Of a stretch of 64,000 nucleotides of DNA, positions 30,670-41,131 are shown piece after piece. Source of the stretch: an uncultured Thermoplasmata archaeon (GTDB taxonomy: Archaea; Thermoplasmatota; Thermoplasmata; Lutacidiplasmatales; UBA184); assembly GCA_963797975.1 (NCBI GenBank), contig CAWCRH010000008.1, positions 16,862 to 80,861 on the forward strand. The letters are read 5' to 3'. The notes beneath the pieces were generated by a model, which did not search any database, was not told the origin of the DNA, and saw nothing but the letters and a program-made list of their open reading frames with translations. The position numbers and the translations under genes are program-made. Position 1 is the first letter of the stretch, and each line of letters starts with the position of its first letter.

Positions 30670-31338
30670 ATGCCAGTCCGCCGATCCCGACGCACACGAC
30701 AGACCCGAGCACGCCCCTCCAGCCCTCACGCGGACGACTTCGCGGAGAGCCTGAAGAACGAGCTCGAGAAGGTCCAGGCCGTCGCCGTCAAGGAAGAGCG
30801 CAGTGAGCAGAAGGACCTGAGCCACCGCGCCTCGGTCAATCGCCGGCTCCTCGAGGACCTGTGGGAGGTCCACAACCAGTTCGAATCGATCTCGGTCCAC
30901 CTTACCCTCGAACCCACCGCGACGCTCTTCGCGACGTTCGTGGAGTACCCAAACCAATGGTCGCTCCGTGAGAACTTCGACTTCGGCTCGCTGTCTGCTA
31001 TCGAGCTCGCCGACCGCGCGGCCGGATGGGTCGGCTATGGGCTCCGCTTCTGGTACTACCGAGATGCGGAAGGCCGCGGGCGCTTCCGCGGGATCTTCGA
31101 ATGGAGCGAAGGCGAGAGCTACCACCGCTACTCCGGTTGGATGCGCACGATGAACCAGGCCGTCCTGATCGACGCGGCGGAGCACGAGGTCGACCAGAAG
31201 GCGCTGCAGTCCACGTTGCGCGATGTGGTCGTGAAGTGGTACGCCGCCCACGTCAACCGAGCGCCCGACTCCCTTATCCAGCACCTCAAGGCGAAGTACC
31301 CACCGGGCGCCTCGTACACCAAAGAGTCCTACCGCTGA
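30670..31338 (+). CDS. Hypothetical protein
   Basis: 222-aa ORF with coding-like composition and no motif I recognise. TATA-like TATTTAAA lies at 30548-30555. Confidence 0.4.
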   Translation: MPVRRSRRTRQTRARPSSPHADDFAESLKNELEKVQAVAVKEERSEQKDLSHRASVNRRLLEDLWEVHNQFESISVHLTLEPTATLFATFVEYPNQWSLRENFDFGSLSAIELADRAAGWVGYGLRFWYYRDAEGRGRFRGIFEWSEGESYHRYSGWMRTMNQAVLIDAAEHEVDQKALQSTLRDVVVKWYAAHVNRAPDSLIQHLKAKYPPGASYTKESYR

Positions 31339-31479
31339 GGGCGTCCCCGAGGCGGCCGGCGGACCCGCGGCTTCGCCCCGTCCGCGAGTCTTGAAATAAG
31401 CGGCGCCCCGTCCGTCGGCGTCCCGATGGGAACTCCGTCCGCGACGTATCCCTGGGTGCGGTAGAGGGGAGGGTCGACC

Positions 31480-33012
31480 TTGGCGAGCGACGTGCGCGAG
31501 CACGTGGTGGCCTACATTGAGTCCCACCAAAAGATTGTGGAAGTCGATGCGCTCGACCTCATCCTCGCCGACCGGCATCCGCTCATCCTTTGCCAGGCGA
31601 TCTTGAGCACGCTAGGACCCGAGAGCCCGTTCGTGACGCGTGAGCTCGTCGCTGAGGTCGTGGCGGACCGCGCGTCGACGCGCCCGCCGCTGCGTGCGCC
31701 CCCACCTCCCACGGCGGCCCCAGACAGAGGGGCTCCTAAACCGAGCGATGCGGAGCCGTTCCGCCTCGTGGTCTCTGGGTTCAGCGCCCCCACGACCCAT
31801 CAGAACCCCCTCGAGGCGTATGGGCGCCTCTTCTCGGATCGCTACCTTCGCCTGAGCCGCATCCTGAGGGGAAGGAGTGCGCTCGCCAACGTGCAGGCGA
31901 TCGAGGGTGCTCGCGGAGGCTCCGCGCCCATGGCCGTGATCGGCATGGTCCGCGAGGTGCGCACCACAGCTCGCCAGCACCACACGATCCTCGTGGTCGA
32001 GGACGAGACGGGCGTCCTGAGCGTGCTGATCCCTCGCGACTCACCGCTCGCTCGCGGGCCCTTCCTCTCCGACGAGGTCCTCGGCCTGTCGCTGGAGTTC
32101 TCCAAGGACCCGAAGCAACTGCCACGGGCAGTGGGGGTCGAGCGCCCCGACGTTGCGGTCGGTCGCCCGCCCGGCCACGCGGACCGGGCGGCGCGCGCGC
32201 TCTTCCTCTCCGACCTGCACGTCGGGTCGAAGTCGTTCCTCGCGGACGCGTGGGGTCAGCTCATGGACTTCGTCCATGGCCGAGGCCCGCTCGCGGAGGA
32301 GGCGCGCGGCATCGAGTTTGTGATCATCGCGGGGGACCTGGTGGACGGAATCGGCATCTACCCTCGCCAGGAACGCGACCTCGCGATCGCCGACATCCTC
32401 GAGCAGTACACGGAGCTCGGTCGTCGCCTTCAGGAACTACCCTCCCGTCTCACGATCGTCGTGATCCCCGGTAACCACGACGCGGTGAGCCCGGCCGAAC
32501 CGCAGCCGGCCCTGGCGCCCTCGGTCGCGAAGTGCCTGCCATCGAACGTGCGTTCGCTCGCCAACCCGTCCACGTTCTCGCTCTACGGTGCCCTCGTCGA
32601 GGCGTACCACGGCCGAAGCTTCGACGACCTTATCCCCGCCTTGCCCGGCGCGTCCTACGCCCGCCCCACGGAGGTCATGAAGCGGATGTTGGCGATGCGC
32701 CACCTCGCCCCGATCTACGGGGGACGAACGCCGCTGGCCCCCCTTGTCCGCGACGGGCTTGTGATCGACCCCGCGCCGGATATCCTCGTGACCGGCCACG
32801 CCCACACCTACGGAGTGGACCGCTACCGCGACGTTCTCTTGCTCAACGTCTCCACCTGGCAGGGGGAGACCGAGTATCAACGGATGCGGAACATCACCCC
32901 GGTGCCCGCTCGGGCCGCGGTAGTTGACCTCGCCCGGCTGAGCCGCCCCGACGCCGTCAGGACGGTGGACGCTTCGGGTTCAACGTTGGTCGTCCACGGA
33001 GGGGCCGCGTGA
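31480..33012 (+). CDS. DNA polymerase II (PolD) small subunit DP1
   Basis: Calcineurin-like phosphoesterase motifs (LFLSDLHVGS, IIAGDLVDG, GNHD, GHAHT) behind an OB-like domain, in PolD DP1 architecture. The start is TTG per the ORF track. Confidence 0.85.
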   Translation: MASDVREHVVAYIESHQKIVEVDALDLILADRHPLILCQAILSTLGPESPFVTRELVAEVVADRASTRPPLRAPPPPTAAPDRGAPKPSDAEPFRLVVSGFSAPTTHQNPLEAYGRLFSDRYLRLSRILRGRSALANVQAIEGARGGSAPMAVIGMVREVRTTARQHHTILVVEDETGVLSVLIPRDSPLARGPFLSDEVLGLSLEFSKDPKQLPRAVGVERPDVAVGRPPGHADRAARALFLSDLHVGSKSFLADAWGQLMDFVHGRGPLAEEARGIEFVIIAGDLVDGIGIYPRQERDLAIADILEQYTELGRRLQELPSRLTIVVIPGNHDAVSPAEPQPALAPSVAKCLPSNVRSLANPSTFSLYGALVEAYHGRSFDDLIPALPGASYARPTEVMKRMLAMRHLAPIYGGRTPLAPLVRDGLVIDPAPDILVTGHAHTYGVDRYRDVLLLNVSTWQGETEYQRMRNITPVPARAAVVDLARLSRPDAVRTVDASGSTLVVHGGAA

Positions 33013-33470
33013 GCCCGTTTCCCACCGACCCGGTCGAAGCGAGAGGGCCGATGCGCCTCGTGCTCACGACGTACCCGGACTCAAGGGTCGCCGAGCAGCA
33101 GGTCGAACGCATCGTCGGCGCGCGCCTGGCCGCCTGCGCGCACGTCCTACCGCTACGGGCGTGGTATTGGTGGAAGGGCCGCGTGGAGCGAGCCGAGGAA
33201 TGCGCCGTCGTCTACAAGACCCTCCCCAAGCGGGTCGGCGCCCTATTCCACGCCATCGAGAAGGGGCACCCGTATGACGTCCCCGAGGTCATCGAGCTGG
33301 ATGTTCCTCGCGTCGCCCCCGACTACCTCGCCTACCTGACCCGCGAGCTCACCCGAGACCCTTCCGCTCGGATGGGCAACGCAGAGCTCATGCGTTCGGT
33401 AGCACCTCGAGGCCGGGGAGCTCCGCTCCCTCGACGAACGCGAGCGCCGCGCCGCCGCCCGTCGAAATGA
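33009..33470 (+). CDS. cutA: Divalent-cation tolerance protein CutA
   Basis: ...LAACAHVLP..WYWWKG.VE...E....KT......L...I...HPYDVPEVIEL.V is the CutA1 signature. The 3' end overlaps the convergent pgk gene. Confidence 0.8.
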   Translation: MSPFPTDPVEARGPMRLVLTTYPDSRVAEQQVERIVGARLAACAHVLPLRAWYWWKGRVERAEECAVVYKTLPKRVGALFHAIEKGHPYDVPEVIELDVPRVAPDYLAYLTRELTRDPSARMGNAELMRSVAPRGRGAPLPRRTRAPRRRPSK

Positions 33471-34566
33471 ACTGGAAGGAGCCGCTGACGCCGAGCTCCT
33501 GGGCGACCCTCCCCGAATCACCGCCCGCCCCGATGTGGTAACCCGGGATCGTTCCCAGCAAGCGGAGCACCTCCTTCGTTCCGGCCGCGAACCGCGGGTC
33601 CTCGGCCGAGCCCAGCGGTCCGTTCCAAAACACGGTCTTGGACCCCTCGAGCGCCGCCTGGAACACGCGGACGCTCTCCGGTCCGATGTCCCGGGCGATC
33701 CCTTCGGGGGGGAGCATGTCCACGGCGCACGACCGGACCTCACCGTTCGGGAGTTCGACGACGAGGTCGACCGGCAGTACCACACGGGTTCCCCCGGCCT
33801 CCGCCTCCTTAAGGAACGAACGCACGGCCTCTCCCTCCCCCTCCTCGGTCGGCGTCGCTCCGAGGGTACGGCCCGCCTCGGCCAAGAACGGGAACGCGAG
33901 CGTGCCTCCGACAATGACCGTCTCGGCGCGGCCCACGAAGCTCGTGAGGAGCGGCAACTTGTCACGCACCTTGGCTCCGCCCACGAGGACAACGTAGGGC
34001 CGCTCGGGATGGTCACGGATGCGGGAAAGCTCGAGCACCTCCCGCTCGACCAAGAGACCCGCGAACGACGGGAGCAGCCGCGGCACGCCGACGGTGGAGG
34101 CGTGCGCGCGATGGAGGGTTCCGAACGCCTCCTCGACGAAGAGCTCACCGAGCCGGGCCAGCTGACCGGCGAACGTCGGGTCGTTCGCCTCCTCTCCCGG
34201 ATGGAACCGGAGGTTCTCGAGGAGCAGGAACTCGCCGTTATGGAGACGGGCCGACGCCTCGATCGCCTGGAAGCCCACGATGTCCGACGCGAGGGGTACG
34301 GGCTGACCCAGGAGCGCGCTCAACCGATGGGCGATTGGTCTCAAGCTGTAGCGGGGATCGTGGTGCCCGTTCGGCCTCCCCCAGTGCGTCAGGAGGATCG
34401 TCCGGGCCCCGGCGGCTCGCAGATGGTTCAGCGTCGGAAGCGATTCGCGGATCCTCCGGTCGTCAGCGATCAGCCCGTGCTCGTCCTGCGGGACGTTGAA
34501 GTCGACCCGGACGAGGACGCGTCGGCCGCGCACCGGGGCCTCTTGGATCCCGCGCTTCGCTGCCAT
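33388..34566 (-). CDS. pgk: Phosphoglycerate kinase
   Basis: VRVDFNVP, LLENLRFHPGEE, GGAKV.DK and STGGGA motifs. Confidence 0.95.
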   Translation of the reverse strand: MAAKRGIQEAPVRGRRVLVRVDFNVPQDEHGLIADDRRIRESLPTLNHLRAAGARTILLTHWGRPNGHHDPRYSLRPIAHRLSALLGQPVPLASDIVGFQAIEASARLHNGEFLLLENLRFHPGEEANDPTFAGQLARLGELFVEEAFGTLHRAHASTVGVPRLLPSFAGLLVEREVLELSRIRDHPERPYVVLVGGAKVRDKLPLLTSFVGRAETVIVGGTLAFPFLAEAGRTLGATPTEEGEGEAVRSFLKEAEAGGTRVVLPVDLVVELPNGEVRSCAVDMLPPEGIARDIGPESVRVFQAALEGSKTVFWNGPLGSAEDPRFAAGTKEVLRLLGTIPGYHIGAGGDSGRVAQELGVSGSFQFISTGGGAALAFVEGAELPGLEVLPNA

Positions 34567-34587
34567 CGTCCCGCGATGGTCTATGGA

Positions 34588-35532
34588 CTATGAGCGTTGC
34601 CCTGCCGAGGCGACGCGGGAACGGACCTTTCCGATGATCGCGGCGGTCTCGGGCATCGCGATGCCATGGGCCTGGCCCGCGTCCAACAGCGCTCCCGAGA
34701 TCACGTCGATCTCCGTGGGTCGTCCACGGTCGACGTCCTGGAGCATGCTCGAACGGTTGGCGGCGGTCGCCCGAACGGTCCGCCACATCTCTTCCCGAGT
34801 GGCCGCGGGATCCAACTCGTGGCCGGCGGCCCGTGCGGCCTGAACCCCTTCCGCGACCAGCGCCTCAACGAGCTCGCGGTACGGGGGCGAGGCGAGGGCC
34901 CCGTTCCGAACGGAAAACGCAGCCGTGACCGGGTTGATGGCGGCGTTGACCACGGCCTTCGTCCAAAGGGCGGTCTCGAAGGCGCGGACGTAGCGCACGG
35001 GTAGGCCCGCCCGCTCGAACAGGTCGTAGAATCCCCGAATCGCTCGGTCGGCCGCCTCCTCGCCCTTTGGCTCGGGGAGCCGGATCTCTCCGGAGCCGGC
35101 GTAGCGGACCCGACCGGGCGAGACGAGGGTCGCCGGGAGCGTGTTGACCGCCCGTACAAGAGGGGGGAGCGCACGGCCTTCGACCGGCTCTCCGAACGCA
35201 CGCGCCACGATCGTCTCGATCCCGAGGCCGTTCTGGGGCAGAAGGATCGGGGTAGGACGCCCGAGCACGGAAGCGAGGCGCCGGGCGGTCCGGTCGAGGT
35301 CGAAGGACTTGACGGTGAGCAGGACCATGTCCGCGACGAGATTACCGGTGAGCTCCTCGACGGCGGCGACCCTCCAGGTCCCCTCCACCGACCCTTCTAC
35401 GTGGAGCCCCCCCTCCTGGATCGCTCGCACATGCTGCGGCGAGGCAACCACGAGGACCTCCTCGTCCGCACGCGCGAGCAGGGCTGCGAACAGCGACCCG
35501 ACAGCGCCGGCGCCATAGACGACCACGCGCAC
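34588..35532 (-). CDS. 2-dehydropantoate 2-reductase (ketopantoate reductase, ApbA/PanE family)
   Basis: N-terminal VVYGAGAVGS Rossmann motif, ...LLTVKSFD..., ...QNG... and ...SMLQD..RGR.TEID..SG... typical of PanE. Confidence 0.8.
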   Translation of the reverse strand: MRVVVYGAGAVGSLFAALLARADEEVLVVASPQHVRAIQEGGLHVEGSVEGTWRVAAVEELTGNLVADMVLLTVKSFDLDRTARRLASVLGRPTPILLPQNGLGIETIVARAFGEPVEGRALPPLVRAVNTLPATLVSPGRVRYAGSGEIRLPEPKGEEAADRAIRGFYDLFERAGLPVRYVRAFETALWTKAVVNAAINPVTAAFSVRNGALASPPYRELVEALVAEGVQAARAAGHELDPAATREEMWRTVRATAANRSSMLQDVDRGRPTEIDVISGALLDAGQAHGIAMPETAAIIGKVRSRVASAGQRS

Positions 35533-35543
35533 GGGAGTTCCCG

Positions 35544-35771
35544 CTAGCGGAGGCGGCGGACGATCTCGTTCGGGTTCGGGGTCCCGGAGAGCTCGATCTT
35601 CATCCGTTGGAGGATGGAGGAGTAGTAGCGGACCTGTTCCCGGGCCCGGCGGACCTTCTCGGCGAGGTCCTGTTCCTCCCGGCGGAGCTTGTCGATCTCG
35701 ATCTCCATCTGCCTCCGCTCGAAGGCGAGCACGCTGGCCCTATCGGTTGAAGGGCGGAGCGCGGCGGCCAT
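35544..35771 (-). CDS. Small coiled-coil protein, possibly the C-terminal part of a larger frameshifted coiled-coil ORF reaching about 35985
   Basis: Heptad-rich sequence EIEIDKLRREEQDLAEKVRRAREQ. A second coiled-coil reading frame (…WRRRVALLETALNEVRDRRQRLERRLTRLKREM…) ends at 35740, overlapping this start. Confidence 0.35.
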   Translation of the reverse strand: MAAALRPSTDRASVLAFERRQMEIEIDKLRREEQDLAEKVRRAREQVRYYSSILQRMKIELSGTPNPNEIVRRLR

Positions 35772-36091
35772 CGATCACCTCCCGCACGGAGACGGACGAG
35801 GCGGCCGTGCGGGCCGTCCGCGTGAGGATGTTGAGCCGTGACATCTCCCGCTTGAGCCGCGTGAGCCGACGTTCGAGTCGCTGGCGCCGGTCCCGTACCT
35901 CATTCAAGGCGGTCTCCAAGAGCGCCACCCGCCGGCGCCATTTCTCTCGCTCCTGGACATTCTGGAGCACTACCCCGACATCGGGCACGGTCAACGGAGA
36001 GGGCCCCGGATTCGAATCAACCTTTCGACCGACGTGAAACGGCCCCGAAGAGATATTACGGGGCGGGCGGTCCGACAGGAACGGAGTTGTT

Positions 36092-37033
36092 ATGGTCGGG
36101 TTGACGAAGATCGCGGTGCTGGGCGCGGGGAACGTCGGTGGGTCGCTGGCGCAGCGATTGGCCGAGTCCGACCTGGCCGGCGAGGTCGTCCTTATCGATA
36201 TCGTCGACGGGCTCCCCCAGGGGAAGGGCCTCGACATCCAGCAGTCGGCCCCGATCCTCGGTTTTGCGACCAAGGTATGGGGGACCACGGACCTCTCGGC
36301 GATCGCGGGTTCCGATATGGTCGTAGAGACCGCCGGTATCGCGCGCAAGCCCGGCATGAGTCGTTCGGACCTCCTCGGCGTCAACGCGAAGATCCTTCGT
36401 GGGCACGCTGAGGCCGTGCGCGTGCGGGCTCCGGAGGCGATTGTTTTGGTGGTCACCAACCCGGTCGACGTCATGACGCAGCACTTCCAGCATGTGAGCG
36501 GTCTACCACTCCCGCACGTCTTCGGCGAGTCCGGAACCCTCGACACCGCCCGTTTCCGTGCGTTCGTCGCCGAGGCCCTGGAGGTATCCAGCCGAGACGT
36601 TACCGGATTCGTCCTCGGGACGCACGGCGACACCATGGTCCCGATCCTCTCTCTCACCAGCGTGAGCGGGGTGCCCCTGGATCGCCTGATGTCCGAAGCC
36701 GAGCTCGAACGGATCGTCCAACGAACGAAGTCCGGGGGGGCGGAGATCGTGAACCTCCTTAAGACCGGAAGTGCCTTCTACGCTCCCACCGCCGCCCAGA
36801 CCGAGCTCGTGCGTGCTGTTGCGCTGGACGAGCGACGCCTGTTGCCGCTGACGACCCGCCTCGCCGGCGAGTTCGGCGAACGCAACGTGACCATTGGGGT
36901 CCCGGCGATTCTCGGACGGAAGGGGGTCGAGCGCGTGGTCGAGGTCCAGTTGTCCGAGCGCGAGAAGGCGGCGTTCCAGGCGAGCGTCAAGGCCGTCCGC
37001 GCGGACCTCGAACTATTGGAGAAACTCCCGTAG
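36092..37033 (+). CDS. mdh: Malate dehydrogenase (LDH-like family)
   Basis: VLGAGNVGG, GIARKPGMSRSDLL (substrate Arg), VVTNPVD and GTHGDTMVP motifs. Confidence 0.9.
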   Translation: MVGLTKIAVLGAGNVGGSLAQRLAESDLAGEVVLIDIVDGLPQGKGLDIQQSAPILGFATKVWGTTDLSAIAGSDMVVETAGIARKPGMSRSDLLGVNAKILRGHAEAVRVRAPEAIVLVVTNPVDVMTQHFQHVSGLPLPHVFGESGTLDTARFRAFVAEALEVSSRDVTGFVLGTHGDTMVPILSLTSVSGVPLDRLMSEAELERIVQRTKSGGAEIVNLLKTGSAFYAPTAAQTELVRAVALDERRLLPLTTRLAGEFGERNVTIGVPAILGRKGVERVVEVQLSEREKAAFQASVKAVRADLELLEKLP

Positions 37034-37064
37034 GGCGCGGAGCCGGGGGCGGAGGCGGAACGGG

Positions 37065-37358
37065 ATGACCGAGCCGGGCGTGATCGAGATCAAACAGCGG
37101 CTCGCCACTCTGCGTTATACGACCGACGCGCGCGAGCACGCGCACATCACCGTGAAGCCGCCGGTCTGCGCGCGCTGTCCGCACTCGTTCTGCACGGTCG
37201 TCTGCCCGGCGAAGTGCTACGAGCGGATCGAAGGGAAGCTCGTCTTCCGCTACGAAGATTGCGTCGAGTGTGGGGCGTGCGACGTGGCGTGCGACCAGGG
37301 CTCGGTCACGTGGACGATGCCGCGCGGACCGTACGGGGTACGCTACCTGCTGGGCTAG
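37065..37358 (+). CDS. FixX-type ferredoxin-like protein
   Basis: 97 aa: ...CARCPHSFCTVVCPAKCY...CVECGACDVAC..G...W..P.G..GV.Y. This is the FixX layout. No fixABC genes are nearby. Confidence 0.7.
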   Translation: MTEPGVIEIKQRLATLRYTTDAREHAHITVKPPVCARCPHSFCTVVCPAKCYERIEGKLVFRYEDCVECGACDVACDQGSVTWTMPRGPYGVRYLLG

Positions 37359-37909
37359 GCGTCGGACGGTCCGGCCGACCACCCGGTCGCCTGGGCCCAG
37401 TCGTGGGCCTTCTCGAGGAGCTGCCACACCTTCGGGCCCTTGCGCTCGACGTACTTCGAGCGTTCGTCCCGAAAGAGCGTCGCCAAGCGCACCTTCTCGC
37501 GGGCATACTCGGCGCGGGCATCGGGGTCGCTACGGAGGTAGTCGCGGAAGAGGAGCGTGAGCTGTTCGTCGAGGCTTCCGAGCGGGCGGACGTGAAGGTG
37601 AGCCCGCCGGTCGCCCTCGGGCTCGCGGAAGTAGCGCTTGGATCGGTCGGGATTCTCCGGGTGGAAGCGCCAGCCCGCCCTCTCAAGAGGAACTCGGTAG
37701 GGCTCGGAAGGTTCGAGGGCGGTGACCGAGACCTGGATGTCGATGACCGGCTTCGCCTCGAGCCCCGGGATGGCCGTAGAGCCCACATGGTCGATCCGGC
37801 GCGCGGTATCCCCGAGGGTCCGACGCAGCGGGATCGCCGACCGGCGGAACCAGTCGGGCCAGTTGGGGTCGTAGGAGACGATCACGACCGGCTCCTCGCG
37901 TTCGGCCAT
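37355..37909 (-). CDS. GrpB-family protein (nucleotidyltransferase-like fold)
   Basis: ...YDP.WP..F......L...L......I.HVGSTAIPGL.AKPVIDI... is the GrpB signature. The start could be as far upstream as 38005. Confidence 0.75.
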   Translation of the reverse strand: MAEREEPVVIVSYDPNWPDWFRRSAIPLRRTLGDTARRIDHVGSTAIPGLEAKPVIDIQVSVTALEPSEPYRVPLERAGWRFHPENPDRSKRYFREPEGDRRAHLHVRPLGSLDEQLTLLFRDYLRSDPDARAEYAREKVRLATLFRDERSKYVERKGPKVWQLLEKAHDWAQATGWSAGPSDA

Positions 37910-38055
37910 ATTTCCGATGGGGTCCGACGGAGGCTTAAGTCCTCTCGGGGAGGACCCCCTTCGGTCGGCCACGATATCGACCCTCGCCGTCCAGGCGCCT
38001 GCCACTGAACCCCTAGCTTCAAAGCCTCGACCTCGGCTCTGACGGCCGAAGTCGT

Positions 38056-40129
38056 GTGAGTCCGAACATCGATCCCACGGGAACCACCGCCCGTCTGTTT
38101 CCCTACCGCATCCGGCCCGGTCAGGATTCGGTCGTGGCGGCGATCGAGAGGCTCACCCGAAGCGGGGGCTCGCTCGTCGTGAACGCTCCCACCGGCTCCG
38201 GGAAGACCGTCGCAGCCCTCGCCCCGCTTCTGGAACATGCCGAACGCGAGGACCACGCGATCCTCTACCTCGTCCGGGCGCACTCGCAGGAGGTCAAAAT
38301 CGTGCAAGAGATCCGGGCGATCGCCCACCGAATGGAACGACCCCCCCTCGTCGTGGGCCTCGCCGGCCGGGCCTCCCGCTGCCTCCTTCTCGCGAACGAG
38401 GCGGAGATCAAGGGGGCGACCGCCGAGGAGCACGGCCAGCTGTGCGCGGACCGCAAGCGGGCGACCGAGAAGATGTCCGCCGAGGGCAGCACGGGCCTCC
38501 CTCCCCCCGAGCTTCCCGAGGGGGGCGTGGTTGACCTGGTCGACCTAGACGGGTGTGCCTACTACGCCCGGGTCCTGCAAGCAGACCTCGAGAGCGTCCA
38601 AGAGCGGCTCGTCAGCAAGACCCTCACCCCCACGGAGTTCGACGGTTTGTGCGCGAACGAGAATCTGTGCCCGTACGAGCTCACGAAGCGGCTCCTTCCT
38701 TCCGCCCGCGTCGTCACGGCGCCCTACGCCTTCTTCTTCCACCCGCATGTTCACCGGGCCCTGCTCCGCTGGCTCAACCGGGCGCCCGGCCGCATCGACC
38801 TCGTGATCGACGAGGCCCACCAGCTACCCGAGTACCTCCGAGACCTGACCAGCGTGGCCTTGCCGCTGAGCTCGGTGAGACGCGCCCGCGCCGAACTGAC
38901 CGACCGGGACTTCCAGCTGCCGGACGGACCGAGCGCGAGCCGCTTCTTGGACATCGTCCACGCCGCGATCGACGAGCTGGTCCAATCGATGGGGCGGGAG
39001 GACGATGCGATTCTCCCTCCGAACGTGCTGGAGGATGCCCTTCTCACGGCGCTCGGAGGGACCTCCCATCGCTTGGACCGGTGGATCGGAGCGCTCGCGA
39101 CCTGGGGGGAGAACTTGAAAGACGAGCGGCGACGGGAACGTCACCTTCCTCGATCGTGGGTCCAGACGGTGGCGCTCACGCTGCTGTCGTGGCCGCAACT
39201 GGAGGGACCCGACTACGCTAAGCTCGCGACGCGGGCCCCTCGACCCGCGCTCGAGGCGTTCGCCCTCGATTCCGCGCGGCCCGCCGCCCCGATCGCGGAC
39301 TGCCACCTCGCGGTGCATATGTCCGGGACGCTCCAGCCGCTCGTCGAATACCGTGACAGCTTGGGGCTGGGGGGGGAGACCCCGCTGTTGGACGTTCCCT
39401 CCCACTTCCCCCCCGGCAACGTGAAGTTCCTTTTTGACCCGACTGTGACCACGCAGTTCGAAGTGATCCACGCCAACCCGGACGCGGTCACCCAACTCGC
39501 GGACCGGATCGCATCGACGCTCCAGGCGCTCCCGGTGAAGACGGCGGTGTTCTTCCCGAGCTTCGACCTCCTCGACCGGATCTTGAAGGCGGGATTGCAG
39601 ACGCTCGCTCCCCCCCAACTCGATCCGAGAGCATCCGCACCTCTCCTCGGGCGACCTGTGGCGGGCGGTCGAGGGGTTCAAGACGGAGCCCGGTGCCGGC
39701 GCGATCCTGGCGGTGGTCGGCGGCCGCGTGGCCGAAGGCATCGACTTCCCCGACCAGGAGCTGGAGGCGGTCATCCTCGTCGGGATCCCGTACCCGCGCC
39801 CTACCGCTCGTCGTGACGCGCTCCGTCGCTACTTGGATAGGCGAACGGGCCAGGGGTGGGCGTACGCCTACGAGGCGGTGGCCCGCCGCGCCATCGCCCA
39901 GGCGTATGGACGGATGATCCGCTCCGCGAACGACCGCGGGATTGCCGTGATCTTGGACCGACGAGCCGTGGCCTTCCGGGAGATCCTGCCGGGTCTCGAA
40001 CCGATCGGCGACCTGGTCGCGACCGCCCGGTCGTTCTACGGCCGGCGTCCTCATTGGACACCCAGAGCGCTCCCCTCGTCGGCGTCGGCCGAGATGGGAT
40101 GGGGTCACTCGGCGGACCGAGAAGGATAA
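38056..40129 (+). CDS. XPD/Rad3-family Fe-S DNA helicase with an apparent frameshift in a C7 run (39610-39616)
   Basis: Walker A NAPTGSGKT, four Fe-S Cys (RCLLL, LCADRK, GCAYY, LCPYE) and DEAH box VIDEAHQL. The C-terminal motifs GGRVAEGIDFP...VILVGIPYP and QA.GR.IRS are in the +1 frame after ...LQTLAPP. Confidence 0.8.
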
Positions 40130-40153
40130 AGCGAGTCGCCCGGTCGACCGCGC

Positions 40154-41131
40154 GTGATCATCACGCGGACCCCACTCAGGATCAGTTTCGCCGGGGGTGG
40201 GACCGACCTGGCCTCCTACTACCGGCACCACGGCGGCGGGGCCGTGACGAGCGCGGCCATCGACCGATACATCCACGTTCTCGTGAGCACGAAATTCGAC
40301 CATACGATCCGGGCGGCCTACTCCCATACGGAAAACGTCGAGCACCTCGAGCAGCTTCAGCACGGGCTCATCCGGGAGGCGATGCGCCGTACCGGGGTCA
40401 CCGGCGGTGTCGAGGTCCACACGGTCGCCGACATCCCCTCGGAAGGTACCGGCCTCGGCTCGTCGTCGACCTTGACCGTCGGCCTCCTCCAGGCGCTATA
40501 CGCCTACCGAGGTGTCCTCAAGGACCCGGCGGAATTGGCGCGGGAAGCCTGCGAGATCGAGATCGACCAGCTCAAGGGAACGCTGGGCAAGCAGGACCAG
40601 TACATCGCCGCGTTCGGAGGCGTTCAGTTCTTCGAGTTCCACCCGGACGAGACCGTTCGGGCGGCGCCGATCCCGATCTCGGCCGAGGACCGCGAGGCCC
40701 TCGGTGCCCACCTTTCTCTCTTTTACACGGGCCAGACGCGCCAGGCCCAGGGCTTGCTGCAAACGCAGAGCGCCCGAACGCAGGAGAACGTTCCCTCTCT
40801 CGACCGGATGCGCGACCTCGCGAAGGACGCACGGGACGCCATCGCCCATTCTCAGTGGAAGCGGTTGGGGGAGGTGCTCGACGAGGGATGGCATCTCAAG
40901 CGAGGACTTTCCACGGGGATCACGAGCTCGCTGATCGATGAACTGTACGACCAGGCGAAGGCGGCGGGAGCCTACGGCGGGAAGATCGCGGGGGCCGGGG
41001 GTGGAGGATTCCTCCTGCTCGTCCACCCCCCTGAGCGGACCCGTCAAATAGAGGCCGCGCTCTTACCTCGCCCGCGCACAGCGGTGCGAATTTCGGCCGA
41101 GGGTTCTCGGATTCTTTTCGTCGGGCGATGA
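40154..41131 (+). CDS. GHMP-family sugar kinase, D-glycero-D-manno-heptose-7-phosphate kinase-like (HddA type)
   Basis: MIITRTPLRISFAGGGTDL, the GHMP motif PSEGTGLGSSS and GAGGGGFLL. It overlaps the following SIS gene by 4 nt. Confidence 0.75.
   Translation: MIITRTPLRISFAGGGTDLASYYRHHGGGAVTSAAIDRYIHVLVSTKFDHTIRAAYSHTENVEHLEQLQHGLIREAMRRTGVTGGVEVHTVADIPSEGTGLGSSSTLTVGLLQALYAYRGVLKDPAELAREACEIEIDQLKGTLGKQDQYIAAFGGVQFFEFHPDETVRAAPIPISAEDREALGAHLSLFYTGQTRQAQGLLQTQSARTQENVPSLDRMRDLAKDARDAIAHSQWKRLGEVLDEGWHLKRGLSTGITSSLIDELYDQAKAAGAYGGKIAGAGGGGFLLLVHPPERTRQIEAALLPRPRTAVRISAEGSRILFVGR

Noticed and set aside
35995-36060. GGATTCGAATC with flanking GGGGCC/GGCCCC upstream of mdh, considered as a tRNA-like element
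   Set aside because: It is too short, at about 50 nt. It has no D or anticodon arm and is most likely a promoter-region hairpin.
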